The notes beneath the pieces were generated by a model, which was not told the origin of the DNA, did not search any database, and was given only the letters and a program-made list of their open reading frames with translations. A stretch of DNA of 64,000 nucleotides, from the UHGV virus genome UHGV-0277313, one strand, 5' to 3'. The position numbers and the translations under genes are program-made. Below, one piece after another: positions 9,121 to 18,236 of the stretch. How positions within the stretch are numbered: position 1 is the first letter of the stretch; each line of letters begins with the position of its first letter. Source of the stretch: a virus.

Positions 9121-11391
9121 ATGAAATATCTAATTTTGCTTCGGGGTCTTCCTGGTTCTGGTAAAAGTTATTGGATAAAAGAAAACAAATTAGAAGATTA
9201 TACTATTTCTTCTGATAATGTTCGTTTGTTGTTTGCAACACCGTCTATTCCTTTTCAGGCTTGTTATAAGGATAGAGGAATTTCACAAAAGAATGACAAA
9301 GAGGTTTGGGATTTAATACATTCTTTAGTTGAACGTCGTTTAATGGAAGGCATGACAACTATCGTTGATGCAACACATTTGACTGTTAAGTCTATTAATT
9401 ATTACAAAAGCTTTTGTGCAAGTAATAATGTACGTTGTATCGTATTGGATTTTAATGTTAGCCTGGAAAGTGCTATTAACAATGATTTGTTAAGAAAAGG
9501 CACTTGTCGTTATGTAGGTTGTCAGATCATTAAAATAATGAATGACAAAAAAGAAGATGTGCCTAAATGGGTTGATTATACAACTGATAAAGAGCATGTT
9601 GTCAAGCTGTTTAATGACTGTATAGACGCGGTTGATTACAATGAGAAGTATGATAGCGTTGTAATCTTCGGTGATTTGCATGGTTGTTATGAACCTTTAA
9701 AACAGTGGTTTGACAAACATCCTGTTAACGACAAAACGAAATATATCTTTTGTGGTGATTATGAAGATAGAGGTATTCAACATAAAGAGTTGTTTGATTT
9801 TCTTTTAGAACATCGCAAAGATTTTAATTTCAAATTCTTAAAAGGCAATCATTCTTGTCGTTTGTTACAGATAGCTGAACGTGATAAAGATTCTATTCGT
9901 TATCCGGAATACTATAATACGTTTGAACAAATGAAAGATTTTGATCCTATTGAACTGAAAAAGTTTGTTCGGGATCAAGATGATATGGTTTACTTTACAT
10001 TTCGTAATAAAAACTTTTGTGTATCACATGGTGGTATTAGTTGTCTTCCGACTTTAAAGTTGAATAGTAGTGAATACATAAAAGGTCACGGAACATATCA
10101 AATGTCAAATGATGTGGATAATGATTTTATGTTCAATTCTTCTATTGAAGGTGATAACATTTATCAGGTACATGGTCATCGCAACGTTACAAATAGTGAT
10201 ATTCAAGTATGTGATCGTTGTTTTAATTTGGAAGGAGGAGTTGAGTTCGGTGGTGAATTACGAATTCTTCAGATTGATAGTGAAGGTAAATGTATACTGG
10301 ATTCTATTAGAAATACTGTTTTTAAAGAATTGACGGAAGGTTCGAAGATTGTCAATGAGTTTAAGTATTCTTCATTGATTAGAAAGTCGCAAAACCCAAA
10401 CGGTATTAGTTCTTATAACTTTAATCGAGACGCTTTTTTTGATAAAAAGTGGAATAGCTTGACGTGTACCGCAAGGGGCTTGTTTGTATATGATGATACA
10501 GATAAAGTTGCAGCAAGGTCTTTTAACAAATTCTTTAATTTGAATGAAACTAGTACTTCGAAATTAGATTATATTGTGAAGAATTGGTGTGGCGTCACGA
10601 ATGTTTATAAAAAGGAAAACGGATATTTAGGTATCATTTCTGTTGATGTTCGTGATAACAGTTTCATTTTAGCATCGAAAAGTCGTACTGATAAAGAGTT
10701 CGCAACGAATATTAGTAGAATCTTTAATGAAAAATTGTCAGAAGAACAACAGAACAATTTGAAGAAATGGTTATTGAAGGATGTGGATAAACATCAAGGT
10801 AATGCATATTCTTTAGTTGTTGAAGTAATTGATCCAATTAACGATCCGCATTTTGTTCAATATGATAAAGATGATATTGTTGTTTTGGATGCATTCGTTA
10901 ATGACTTTAATGAAAAAACTGTTTCATATGATGAACTGATTTCATTACATGACTTAACAGGTTTGACAATAAAAGAAAAGATTTGTGAGACGTGTGATCT
11001 AAAGACAACAATTCATGAACTTTGTAATACCAAAGATCATATCGAAGGATTTGTTTTAGAAGGGCATGATTATAATGGCAAGACTGTTCGTGTGAAGATT
11101 AAAACAAAATGGTACTTGATGTGGAAGAAGTTCAGATCAACAGGTGATTTCGATGAACGATTCGACATTAAAGATTTTTTGACAGTTGAACAACAAAAAT
11201 ACGCCAAACAAATCTATAGCCGAACAAAACAATTGATCGATTTACGTAATGGAGATACAGTTAGTACTGATGGTTCAATAAATGTAAATGATGAAATTGA
11301 CAATTATGTTATGTTTATTTATAGAGATTTGATTGGTGATTCGCGGATTAATATACCGAAAATTATACAATCTGTTGAAAATGTGAAATAG
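9121..11391 (+). CDS. polynucleotide kinase-phosphatase / RNA ligase (Pnkp-like three-domain RNA repair enzyme)
   Basis: N-term P-loop LLRGLPGSGKSYW; central calcineurin-type phosphoesterase motifs GDLHGCY, GDYEDRG, GNHS; C-terminal nucleotidyltransferase motif I YKKENGYLG (KxNG). ATG at 9121 has SD aagga; ORF track start 9103. Confidence 0.75.
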   Translation: MKYLILLRGLPGSGKSYWIKENKLEDYTISSDNVRLLFATPSIPFQACYKDRGISQKNDKEVWDLIHSLVERRLMEGMTTIVDATHLTVKSINYYKSFCASNNVRCIVLDFNVSLESAINNDLLRKGTCRYVGCQIIKIMNDKKEDVPKWVDYTTDKEHVVKLFNDCIDAVDYNEKYDSVVIFGDLHGCYEPLKQWFDKHPVNDKTKYIFCGDYEDRGIQHKELFDFLLEHRKDFNFKFLKGNHSCRLLQIAERDKDSIRYPEYYNTFEQMKDFDPIELKKFVRDQDDMVYFTFRNKNFCVSHGGISCLPTLKLNSSEYIKGHGTYQMSNDVDNDFMFNSSIEGDNIYQVHGHRNVTNSDIQVCDRCFNLEGGVEFGGELRILQIDSEGKCILDSIRNTVFKELTEGSKIVNEFKYSSLIRKSQNPNGISSYNFNRDAFFDKKWNSLTCTARGLFVYDDTDKVAARSFNKFFNLNETSTSKLDYIVKNWCGVTNVYKKENGYLGIISVDVRDNSFILASKSRTDKEFATNISRIFNEKLSEEQQNNLKKWLLKDVDKHQGNAYSLVVEVIDPINDPHFVQYDKDDIVVLDAFVNDFNEKTVSYDELISLHDLTGLTIKEKICETCDLKTTIHELCNTKDHIEGFVLEGHDYNGKTVRVKIKTKWYLMWKKFRSTGDFDERFDIKDFLTVEQQKYAKQIYSRTKQLIDLRNGDTVSTDGSINVNDEIDNYVMFIYRDLIGDSRINIPKIIQSVENVK

Positions 11392-11483
11392 TTCGATAAA
11401 GGCGAGATTAAATATCTTGCCTTTATTTTTATAAAATAGTTATTGACAAATCCTTTTGTTTCGTATATCTTGTAGTAAATTAA

Positions 11484-11696
11484 ATGAAAGGAGTTGGAAT
11501 GATATCTATTTTTTGTATGTTTGTTGGATTCTTATTGAATGCATTTGGTTTTAATGCGATTGAGAACACGACAGCAATCTTGCTAGCTTTTTTGTCTGAA
11601 TTGACTTTTGAGATTGCAAGTTTGGCAATTTATGCTATAATCAAAGGTGATTTTGAAATGAATAAACCTGATGGTTTTTTCGAACCAATATATTGA
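11484..11696 (+). CDS. small membrane protein
   Basis: 70 aa hydrophobic ORF; promoter-like TTGACA at ~11447. Confidence 0.45.
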   Translation: MKGVGMISIFCMFVGFLLNAFGFNAIENTTAILLAFLSELTFEIASLAIYAIIKGDFEMNKPDGFFEPIY

Positions 11697-12235
11697 TAGG
11701 AGACAAAATGTATACAAACCTATTGCGTTTACACCTGATCCAGCAGATAATTTTAATGAGTGCTGTAAATGATACGGAATATTTTTCCAAACTGTTGAAA
11801 GATTATAACGAAGAATATTTGCTGTTGTTTTATCGTAAGCTTCAAAATATAGCAGTAGAAGAATATCGAAAAGATTTCTTAATTAAGTTTTTAAAAGAAT
11901 CTATTTCTTCTGATAAAATAGACACCAGGGTTTTAGAAGATTTAATGGATGCATATATATTGGATCTTTCTAAAAAGGAACAACCTGAGATTAAAAGAGA
12001 TAATCAGTGCCAATGTTTCACATGTCGTAATAAAGATAATATTGACGCATTGATTGCATATTATACAGGTTGTTATGACACATTAAAAGAAGTTATTGAG
12101 TTGACAGAAGAATGTCAATATGGTAATAAACTAAATAAAGATTTAGCATTTAAATCTTTATTGGCAAAACTGAATTACGAACGTTATTGTAATGGTGTTT
12201 TGTTGGAAGAAGTTGAGTTGAAAAAGAAAGGTTAA
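11693..12235 (+). CDS. hypothetical protein
   Basis: 180 aa ORF, SD taggaga upstream. Confidence 0.55.
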   Translation: MIGDKMYTNLLRLHLIQQIILMSAVNDTEYFSKLLKDYNEEYLLLFYRKLQNIAVEEYRKDFLIKFLKESISSDKIDTRVLEDLMDAYILDLSKKEQPEIKRDNQCQCFTCRNKDNIDALIAYYTGCYDTLKEVIELTEECQYGNKLNKDLAFKSLLAKLNYERYCNGVLLEEVELKKKG

Positions 12236-12242
12236 GAAATTT

Positions 12243-13538
12243 ATGGTTGATAAAGTTTGTAAATTGTCAAGCGGTGCAACGTTCCTGTATAATCAGCAAG
12301 AAGATGATTTGGCATCTTTTGCTATCTTGTTTGATGTAGGTTCGATTGATGAACAGGAAAATGAGAAAAAAGGTATTGCACATTGCCTAGAACATATGAT
12401 GTTCAAAGGAACTAAAACAAAAACATCAGCTGAATTTCTTGATTTGATGGATAAGTTGGGTGTTGAATCAAACGCGTTTACTTCGTTTGATGTAACTTGT
12501 TATCATGGAACGTTTCATAATGATGATACAAATGATGTCATTAATCTATTCGGTGAAATGATTACAGAACCCCGTTTTGATTATAAAGATTTGGAATTAG
12601 AAAAAGGTGTAATTCATCAAGAAATCATTATGGGTGAAAACGATCCGCAAAGCCGTGCACAACAGTATGGTTTGGAAAACATTTTTAAAGACACACCTTT
12701 TGCAAGGCCTGTTATTGGTTATTGGAAAGATGTGAATTCTATTACACCTGATGATTTGCGTTCATTTATGTACAATCATTATACACCGTCTAATTGCATT
12801 ATTGCCTATTCAGGAAAAACGTCTTTTAATGATGTTAGAAAAATTGTAGAAGACTTTACAAAAAAATTATCTAATAATACTGTTAGATTTGAACGTAAAG
12901 ATGTTAAAGTTAATTTAGGTGCTGAGACTGTCATTATCGAAGATAAAGAGACTAAACAGAATACTATTATGATTGGCGGTGCTTTATATAATAGTAATAC
13001 AGTTGATGGTGTAGCTTGCATTCTTGCTAAAGCTGTTCTTTCTGGCGGTCTGGCAAGTCGTTTGGTTAAACGAATCCGTGAAGAATTAGGCTTGTGTTAT
13101 TACATTGGAATTACAAACGTTCCTTCTATGAAAGATTTTGTATGTCCTTTAATCGTTTGTATTACTGATAAAGATACAAAAATGGTGGAAATGGAAATCA
13201 AAAAGGTTATTGCCAAAGCGATCAAAGAAGGTTTCGAAGATGAAGAAATCAAAACTGTAAAGAAACATGGCGAACTTGTTTGTATCAAATCAAATATTGA
13301 TCGTGATGATTATGCTGTAACAATGTGTACAAATTATCAAGGTACAGGTAAGTTGCCGTCACAGCTATTGAAAACTAAAGTGTCAAGGTTTAAGAAAGCA
13401 TCAAAGAAATCTGTTAATGAAGCAGTTGATAAGTTGTTTTGTGAAACAATTTCAGTTCATGTTGTCAAACCTATCAAAAAACAGAATGCTTTTAAACGGT
13501 TCTTCAAACTGGTGTTTGACAGATTGAATGAAGAATAA
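12243..13538 (+). CDS. M16-family (pitrilysin/insulinase-like) zinc metallopeptidase
   Basis: inverted zinc motif GIAHCLEHMMFKGTKT (HxxEH) near N-terminus, 431 aa. Confidence 0.75.
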   Translation: MVDKVCKLSSGATFLYNQQEDDLASFAILFDVGSIDEQENEKKGIAHCLEHMMFKGTKTKTSAEFLDLMDKLGVESNAFTSFDVTCYHGTFHNDDTNDVINLFGEMITEPRFDYKDLELEKGVIHQEIIMGENDPQSRAQQYGLENIFKDTPFARPVIGYWKDVNSITPDDLRSFMYNHYTPSNCIIAYSGKTSFNDVRKIVEDFTKKLSNNTVRFERKDVKVNLGAETVIIEDKETKQNTIMIGGALYNSNTVDGVACILAKAVLSGGLASRLVKRIREELGLCYYIGITNVPSMKDFVCPLIVCITDKDTKMVEMEIKKVIAKAIKEGFEDEEIKTVKKHGELVCIKSNIDRDDYAVTMCTNYQGTGKLPSQLLKTKVSRFKKASKKSVNEAVDKLFCETISVHVVKPIKKQNAFKRFFKLVFDRLNEE

Positions 13539-13728
13539 CATGACACATGAGTTTTATAGCATTCACGAGTCGGAATTGAAAAGTTTGGCATTGTTTATTT
13601 TAGTTACTCTTTTTATTATCTTTTGTCTTTTCGGTTTTTATAATTTAGGAAAGAATGAAGCGATAGAAGAGTTATGTCAAAAACAACATTACGACTTTTG
13701 TGTAAAAAGTAATAATCAACAATTGTAA
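13528..13728 (+). CDS. small membrane protein
   Basis: 66 aa with one TM segment; followed by terminator. Confidence 0.4.
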   Translation: MKNNMTHEFYSIHESELKSLALFILVTLFIIFCLFGFYNLGKNEAIEELCQKQHYDFCVKSNNQQL

Positions 13729-13735
13729 TCAACGA

Positions 13736-13775
13736 ATCACATGGCATCGTAACAGTGTCATGTGATTTATTTTCT
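13736..13775 (+). terminator. rho-independent terminator
   Basis: 8-bp stem atcacatg/catgtgat followed by ttattttct. Confidence 0.55.
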
Positions 13776-13787
13776 AATAGGTGATTT

Positions 13788-14183
13788 ATGTTAGATATAG
13801 AATCTAAAGTATTGCGTTATGCAACCGCTCAAATTGATGACAGTGTTACATACACGGATTTTGAATTTACGAAAGAACAAAAACAGATTTTAAATGAATT
13901 AAAAACTTGTTCAGAATCTGAAAAAGAAAATTTGGTTGATAAGTTCAATGCGTCTTTAGAAGTTGAAAGCTTAAAAAGAGCTTATATGGAAAGATTAACA
14001 AAAACATATATTGAACAATTGAAAAAATGTTTAGAAATGCCAATAGATTTAGATTCAAAAGAAATGGTAGAATTTGTTAAAGAAGAAAGAAATTTACGAT
14101 TAACAGATTCAAATAAAAAGTTTGACAGTGAATTAATTTTAGAGCGTTATAAAAATTTCTTTAATAAAGATTTTCTGTCTTAA
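13788..14183 (+). CDS. hypothetical acidic coiled-coil protein
   Basis: 131 aa ORF. Confidence 0.5.
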   Translation: MLDIESKVLRYATAQIDDSVTYTDFEFTKEQKQILNELKTCSESEKENLVDKFNASLEVESLKRAYMERLTKTYIEQLKKCLEMPIDLDSKEMVEFVKEERNLRLTDSNKKFDSELILERYKNFFNKDFLS

Positions 14184-14197
14184 AAGATTTATTCAAA

Positions 14198-14599
14198 ATG
14201 TTTAATGATAAAACGACATGTTCAGAGTTTAATTCTTATACAAAAGAGTTAATGATTCAATTATTATCTTTGAACAATGACAGACCTTTTAAAACGGAAG
14301 AAGAGTTAAAAAAGGCTTATTGTGATTTCAAAGACAGATTAGAAACTAAAAAGAATTTGCTACAAGTTTGTTCTGATGAAGAGTTAATTATGAATACGTT
14401 AATTCAGTATAATAAAGATTATGAATTAAAAGAATCTTCGGAAATAAGATGGGAAATTGATCGAATAAATTTACAATCTGAACCTTTATATACAACAACA
14501 ATTGAAGAGTTGGAACATTTCAAAAAAGAATTAGAGAAAAATCTTAACAAACCTATAAAACAAATTATTCAAAGTATGTTAGACATGGCGAACAAATAA
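14198..14599 (+). CDS. hypothetical protein
   Basis: 133 aa ORF. Confidence 0.5.
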   Translation: MFNDKTTCSEFNSYTKELMIQLLSLNNDRPFKTEEELKKAYCDFKDRLETKKNLLQVCSDEELIMNTLIQYNKDYELKESSEIRWEIDRINLQSEPLYTTTIEELEHFKKELEKNLNKPIKQIIQSMLDMANK

Positions 14600-14797
14600 A
14601 CTGTGTGGTATTTGTTTTTATCTTGAATACTAGATTCATTAATTTTTTTGTTTAAATCTGCTTTGTAAAATTTTTCATAAAAATAAATAACTTTTTGAAA
14701 ATTCCTATTGACTTTCTTATTCATATTATATACTATAAGAATATAAGATAAATGGAAACCTGAAATGGTTAAAATTAAAAAGGAAAGAGAGAGAAAG

Positions 14798-15331
14798 AAG
14801 ATGAAAAGTATTTTGAGTGAAATTCCTGCACTGCGCATTTTTTACAAAGCTTCGTGTATTGATAAAGGGTTTATGTACGCATCGGATTCAGAAGTGTTGG
14901 GAAAAGCAAAAGATTCTTTCACTTTTTGGAAGAAAGTGGAAGATCCAGAAGGATTGTATATTTCCAATAAAGATGAAAATTCCTCTGTTGTTAAACTTGG
15001 AGATTTGGAAACGATTGAAGCTTGCCCTTTCTACAATAAAGAATTGATTCAAAAAGCTCGTAAAACTTTGGTTGATGTTTGGTTCGAGAATGCCAAAAAA
15101 GCTTATGAAGAAACTTTGGCTACTATAAAATCCGAAAAGAAAAAGAAAATGTTGGCTATCCCTGTTATTGAAACCTACATGGAAAAGGTGTTTACAATGA
15201 CAGATTATGATGTCTTTTTTAATTTGGAATTGAATGATTATTTTGTTTTTGAACAGAAGGAAAGCTTAATCGATTCGGAAAATGAAGGTCGAGAAATTCT
15301 TTTGAAGGTCGAGCAAAATGAAAACAATTGA
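14798..15331 (+). CDS. hypothetical protein
   Basis: ATG at 14798 preceded by SD aaaggaaagagag; ORF track start 14765. Confidence 0.5.
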   Translation, partial: KMKSILSEIPALRIFYKASCIDKGFMYASDSEVLGKAKDSFTFWKKVEDPEGLYISNKDENSSVVKLGDLETIEACPFYNKELIQKARKTLVDVWFENAKKAYEETLATIKSEKKKKMLAIPVIETYMEKVFTMTDYDVFFNLELNDYFVFEQKESLIDSENEGREILLKVEQNENN

Positions 15332-15365
15332 TGATAACATAGATTACGAATTTAAAGAATGAATA

Positions 15366-15845
15366 ATGGTAAAAATGATAAAACCAGAGGACTTAAAACC
15401 AATCGACAATATAATTGCAAGTACATATTGGTCTGATGGAGATATTTTAAAACAAGATTATAGTACCTGTTTTCATTATATTGCAGATAATTCATTTAAA
15501 TATACACGGTGTTCTGATAAAACTGATTTTAATAATCTTGATGAATTCTTTTCAAAAGTTTTGCAAGCAGTTTTGTCAGGTACAAAATTTATTATATCAG
15601 GACAATATCATTTTGGTTACGATTGTTACCTATTCAGAAAAGGGCATCCTTTGAATGAAAATATAGGAAAACACTATTTTATGGCAGCAATCGGATATAA
15701 AAAGATAAATGGATTACTAGAATATTATAGTAATAAAGTTTATCCAAATATAGTAGTTACGCCATATGATGATGGAAGGTTGCCGTATTTCAAAACTTTA
15801 GTGCGGAAAGCTGAATTTGGTGAAACAATTCTAAATAAAATTTAA
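15366..15845 (+). CDS. C-terminal-tail paralog family protein (ends EFGETILNKI)
   Basis: 159 aa, tail motif. Confidence 0.55.
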   Translation: MVKMIKPEDLKPIDNIIASTYWSDGDILKQDYSTCFHYIADNSFKYTRCSDKTDFNNLDEFFSKVLQAVLSGTKFIISGQYHFGYDCYLFRKGHPLNENIGKHYFMAAIGYKKINGLLEYYSNKVYPNIVVTPYDDGRLPYFKTLVRKAEFGETILNKI

Positions 15846-15903
15846 AATAAAAATGATAAAAAAGAATCATAAATTTATTTTTAACATCACATAAAAAAAG
15901 TTC

Positions 15904-15932
15904 TTGACATTCAGCATTACTTTTGCTAATTT
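15904..15932 (+). promoter_or_regulatory. sigma70-like promoter (TTGACA-N17-TAATTT) heading the tRNA island
   Basis: aaaaagttcTTGACAttcagcattacttttgcTAATTT; near-identical copy at 17442. Confidence 0.55.
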
Positions 15933-16236
15933 AGTTTTTGTCAGGTGATGAACTTGACAGCGAGTTTTTAGAAATAGTGAATATGATTTCCGTACTTAAG
16001 GAAAACCTCATCGTGGTTGTACGGTCTAGTATCTGTTTTATCAATGTTTCTTCATTGTGTTCATCTCCAAAATTATCCAAAATAAAACAGTGAAGCTAAT
16101 TTCCTTTCTTCTTCATAAAACAGCCTTGTCGTGGCGAAGAAGCTCTAGTAGTTTACGTTTGTAAACGAAGCTAATGTTTTACTCTTATTTTAAGGCAGCA
16201 GATGCAATTGTTTGCATGCAGTTGCATCTGCATTTA

Positions 16237-16328
16237 GGAAATGTGGATGAGTGGTTTAAATCAGCGGTTTGCTAAACCGTCGGGCATAGAAATATGTCCC
16301 GCAAGTTCGAATCTTGCCGTTTCCGCCA
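16237..16328 (+). tRNA. tRNA-Ser (anticodon GCT), class II
   Basis: acceptor ggaaatg/cgtttcc, anticodon loop ttGCTaa, long variable arm, T-arm gcaag-ttcgaat-cttgc, G73, CCA encoded. Confidence 0.7.
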
Positions 16329-16355
16329 AAAGTTTCTGTAGAAGATACAGGTTAC

Positions 16356-16449
16356 GCCTTCGTCGTTCAATGGTTAGGACACTCGGCTTATACCCGAGCG
16401 AGCAGCTGATATCTGCGAAATCACAGTTCGAATCTGTGCGGAGGTACCA
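16356..16449 (+). tRNA. class-II (long variable arm) tRNA with anticodon UAU, discriminator A73
   Basis: acceptor gccttcg/cggaggt; D-stem gttc/ggac; anticodon stem ctcgg/ccgag with loop cTTATAc; 23-nt variable arm; T-arm cacag-ttcgaat-ctgtg; CCA encoded. Confidence 0.5.
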
Positions 16450-16457
16450 ATTTTAAT

Positions 16458-17312
16458 TTGCATTTTGAAAGTTGGGTAGATATGCAATATTTGACAAAGC
16501 CTTTTGTAAAATGGGTCGGTGGTAAAAAACAACTTCTTGAGAAATTAGGATCTTGTATGCCCAAAGATTACAATCGTTATTACGAACCTTTTATTGGTGG
16601 TGGAGCTTTATTGTTTAATGTTCAACCTAAAGATGCTGTCATTAATGATACAAACAGTCAGTTAATAAATGTTTATAATCAATTAAAAACAAACATTGAA
16701 GATGTTATAAAAACGGTGAATACTTTAGATAGTAAAATGTGTAATGAAGATTATTATCTAGAAATTCGTGACCGTTATAATTCAAAAATCAAATCAAAAG
16801 AGTTAGATGCTGAATGTGCTTCTTTAATGATTTGGGTTAACAAACATTGTTTTAACGGGCTATATAGAGTCAATTCAAAAGGGTTGTTTAACGTCCCGTA
16901 TAACAATAAAGTAAATGGCGTTTCAATTGATGAATGTAATTTACGAAACATCAGCAATTATTTAAATTTAAATAAAGTTGATATTCGTGAAGGTGATTTC
17001 GAAGCCGCTTGTTCCGATGTGAAAAAAGGCGATTTGGTATATTTTGATTCGCCGTACGTTCCAGTAAGTAAAACAGCAAACTTTACAAATTATACAAAAG
17101 ATGGTTTTAGTTTAAATGATCACAAACGTTTGGCTAAATTGTTTTGCACTCTGGATAGTTTAGGTGCGTATATTATGTTAAGCAATAACGATGTTCCTTT
17201 GGTTCATGAGTTGTATAGTCAATTTAATGTGACTTCTGTTGATGCCCGTCGTGCTGTCAATAGAGATGCAACAAAAAGGAAAGGTAAGGAAGTAATCGTT
17301 ACCAATTTTTGA
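16458..17312 (+). CDS. dam: DNA adenine methyltransferase (Dam-like, N6-adenine)
   Basis: N-terminal KPFVKWVGGKKQLL (Dam motif I), YFDSPYV catalytic (DPPY-like) motif; 284 aa. Confidence 0.8.
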   Translation: MHFESWVDMQYLTKPFVKWVGGKKQLLEKLGSCMPKDYNRYYEPFIGGGALLFNVQPKDAVINDTNSQLINVYNQLKTNIEDVIKTVNTLDSKMCNEDYYLEIRDRYNSKIKSKELDAECASLMIWVNKHCFNGLYRVNSKGLFNVPYNNKVNGVSIDECNLRNISNYLNLNKVDIREGDFEAACSDVKKGDLVYFDSPYVPVSKTANFTNYTKDGFSLNDHKRLAKLFCTLDSLGAYIMLSNNDVPLVHELYSQFNVTSVDARRAVNRDATKRKGKEVIVTNF

Positions 17313-17325
17313 TTAAACAGATAGT

Positions 17326-17412
17326 GGATGGGTCGCATAGCGGCAATTGCTGGGGACTGTAAATCCCCCGCCTGAAAAGGCTTCGTTGGTTCGAGTCCAA
17401 CCTCATCCACCA
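17326..17412 (+). tRNA. tRNA-Tyr (anticodon GTA), class II
   Basis: acceptor ggatggg/ctcatcc, anticodon loop ctGTAaa, variable arm gcctgaaaaggcttcg, T-arm gttgg-ttcgagt-ccaac, CCA encoded. Confidence 0.7.
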
Positions 17413-17441
17413 AAAATTTTTAAAAAGATGAAAAAAAGTTC

Positions 17442-17470
17442 TTGACAATTAGCATTACATTTGCTATAAA
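17442..17470 (+). promoter_or_regulatory. sigma70-like promoter (TTGACA-N17-TATAAA)
   Basis: aaaaaaagttcTTGACAattagcattacatttgcTATAAA, paralogous to promoter at 15904. Confidence 0.55.
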
Positions 17471-17984
17471 TAATACATCAAGACGAGATATTAAACATTG
17501 TAAATAAGAAACAGCCAAATGAAAAGGCCTTTACGTGGCTTGGCTGATAAGTAGCTTTCTTCATTTAGTGAATTTAGTGAAACCAACTTTTTCATTGTTT
17601 AATATCTCATATAACTTGAACTGTATAAAAACAGTACGGCTGTATAGACATAAGATGATTCTGCCTATATAGTTTCCGTCATCAGTCTGATTACCTTTTC
17701 GTGGTTTGACGGATAAGTAGCGACCTTCAACTGTTTATTTTCAAGAGCGAAGCATTGATTATAAACTGTCGCGAAACTAAAGTTCTGACATGTAACAGTT
17801 GATGAAATTTCCGCATCGGTTGTTACAATATGATAATGGTCTTGACGAATTATAACCCCAATTTAACGTACGGTAATGCGGGAAAACATAGTTGTTATAA
17901 TGACTCAAGATCTTTCAAGCTATTTGTTTAGCCGTTTTCAGGAAAGTTTTGGGGTGAAAAACTTCCTTGTTATTATTTGTAAAA

Positions 17985-18236
17985 TATGCCTTGATTTTTA
18001 ATTTTCTATAACTTCTAATAAAGTAGAATAGGAAATTTTAAAAGGTTTTAAAATTAAGTTGGAAGATTTGTGATTTTGTTATACAGAGTGACTGAATCAA
18101 TGGAAGAAAGAGGTCGTTTTGTTTAGATTGCAAACCCAATTTGATTTTAAATAAAAAGAAAATCTGAGTGAAATAAAGGTTTTCTCCTTAGAAATAAGGT
18201 TCTTTTTAGACTTAAGTCTTCTAAATTTATATAAAG
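17985..18236 (+). ncRNA. ~250 bp repeated putative small transcription unit, copy A
   Basis: ~88% identical to 38538-38790; contains mini-ORF MEERGRFV (18100-18126) and a terminal hairpin tttaga..tctaaa followed by an AT run. Confidence 0.4.

Noticed and set aside
16241-16456. 71-aa plus-strand ORF
   Set aside because: It lies entirely over tRNA-Ser(GCT) and the class-II UAU tRNA; reading through tRNA sequence.
17219-17413. 64-aa minus-strand ORF
   Set aside because: Antisense to the Dam gene 3' end and tRNA-Tyr; no SD.
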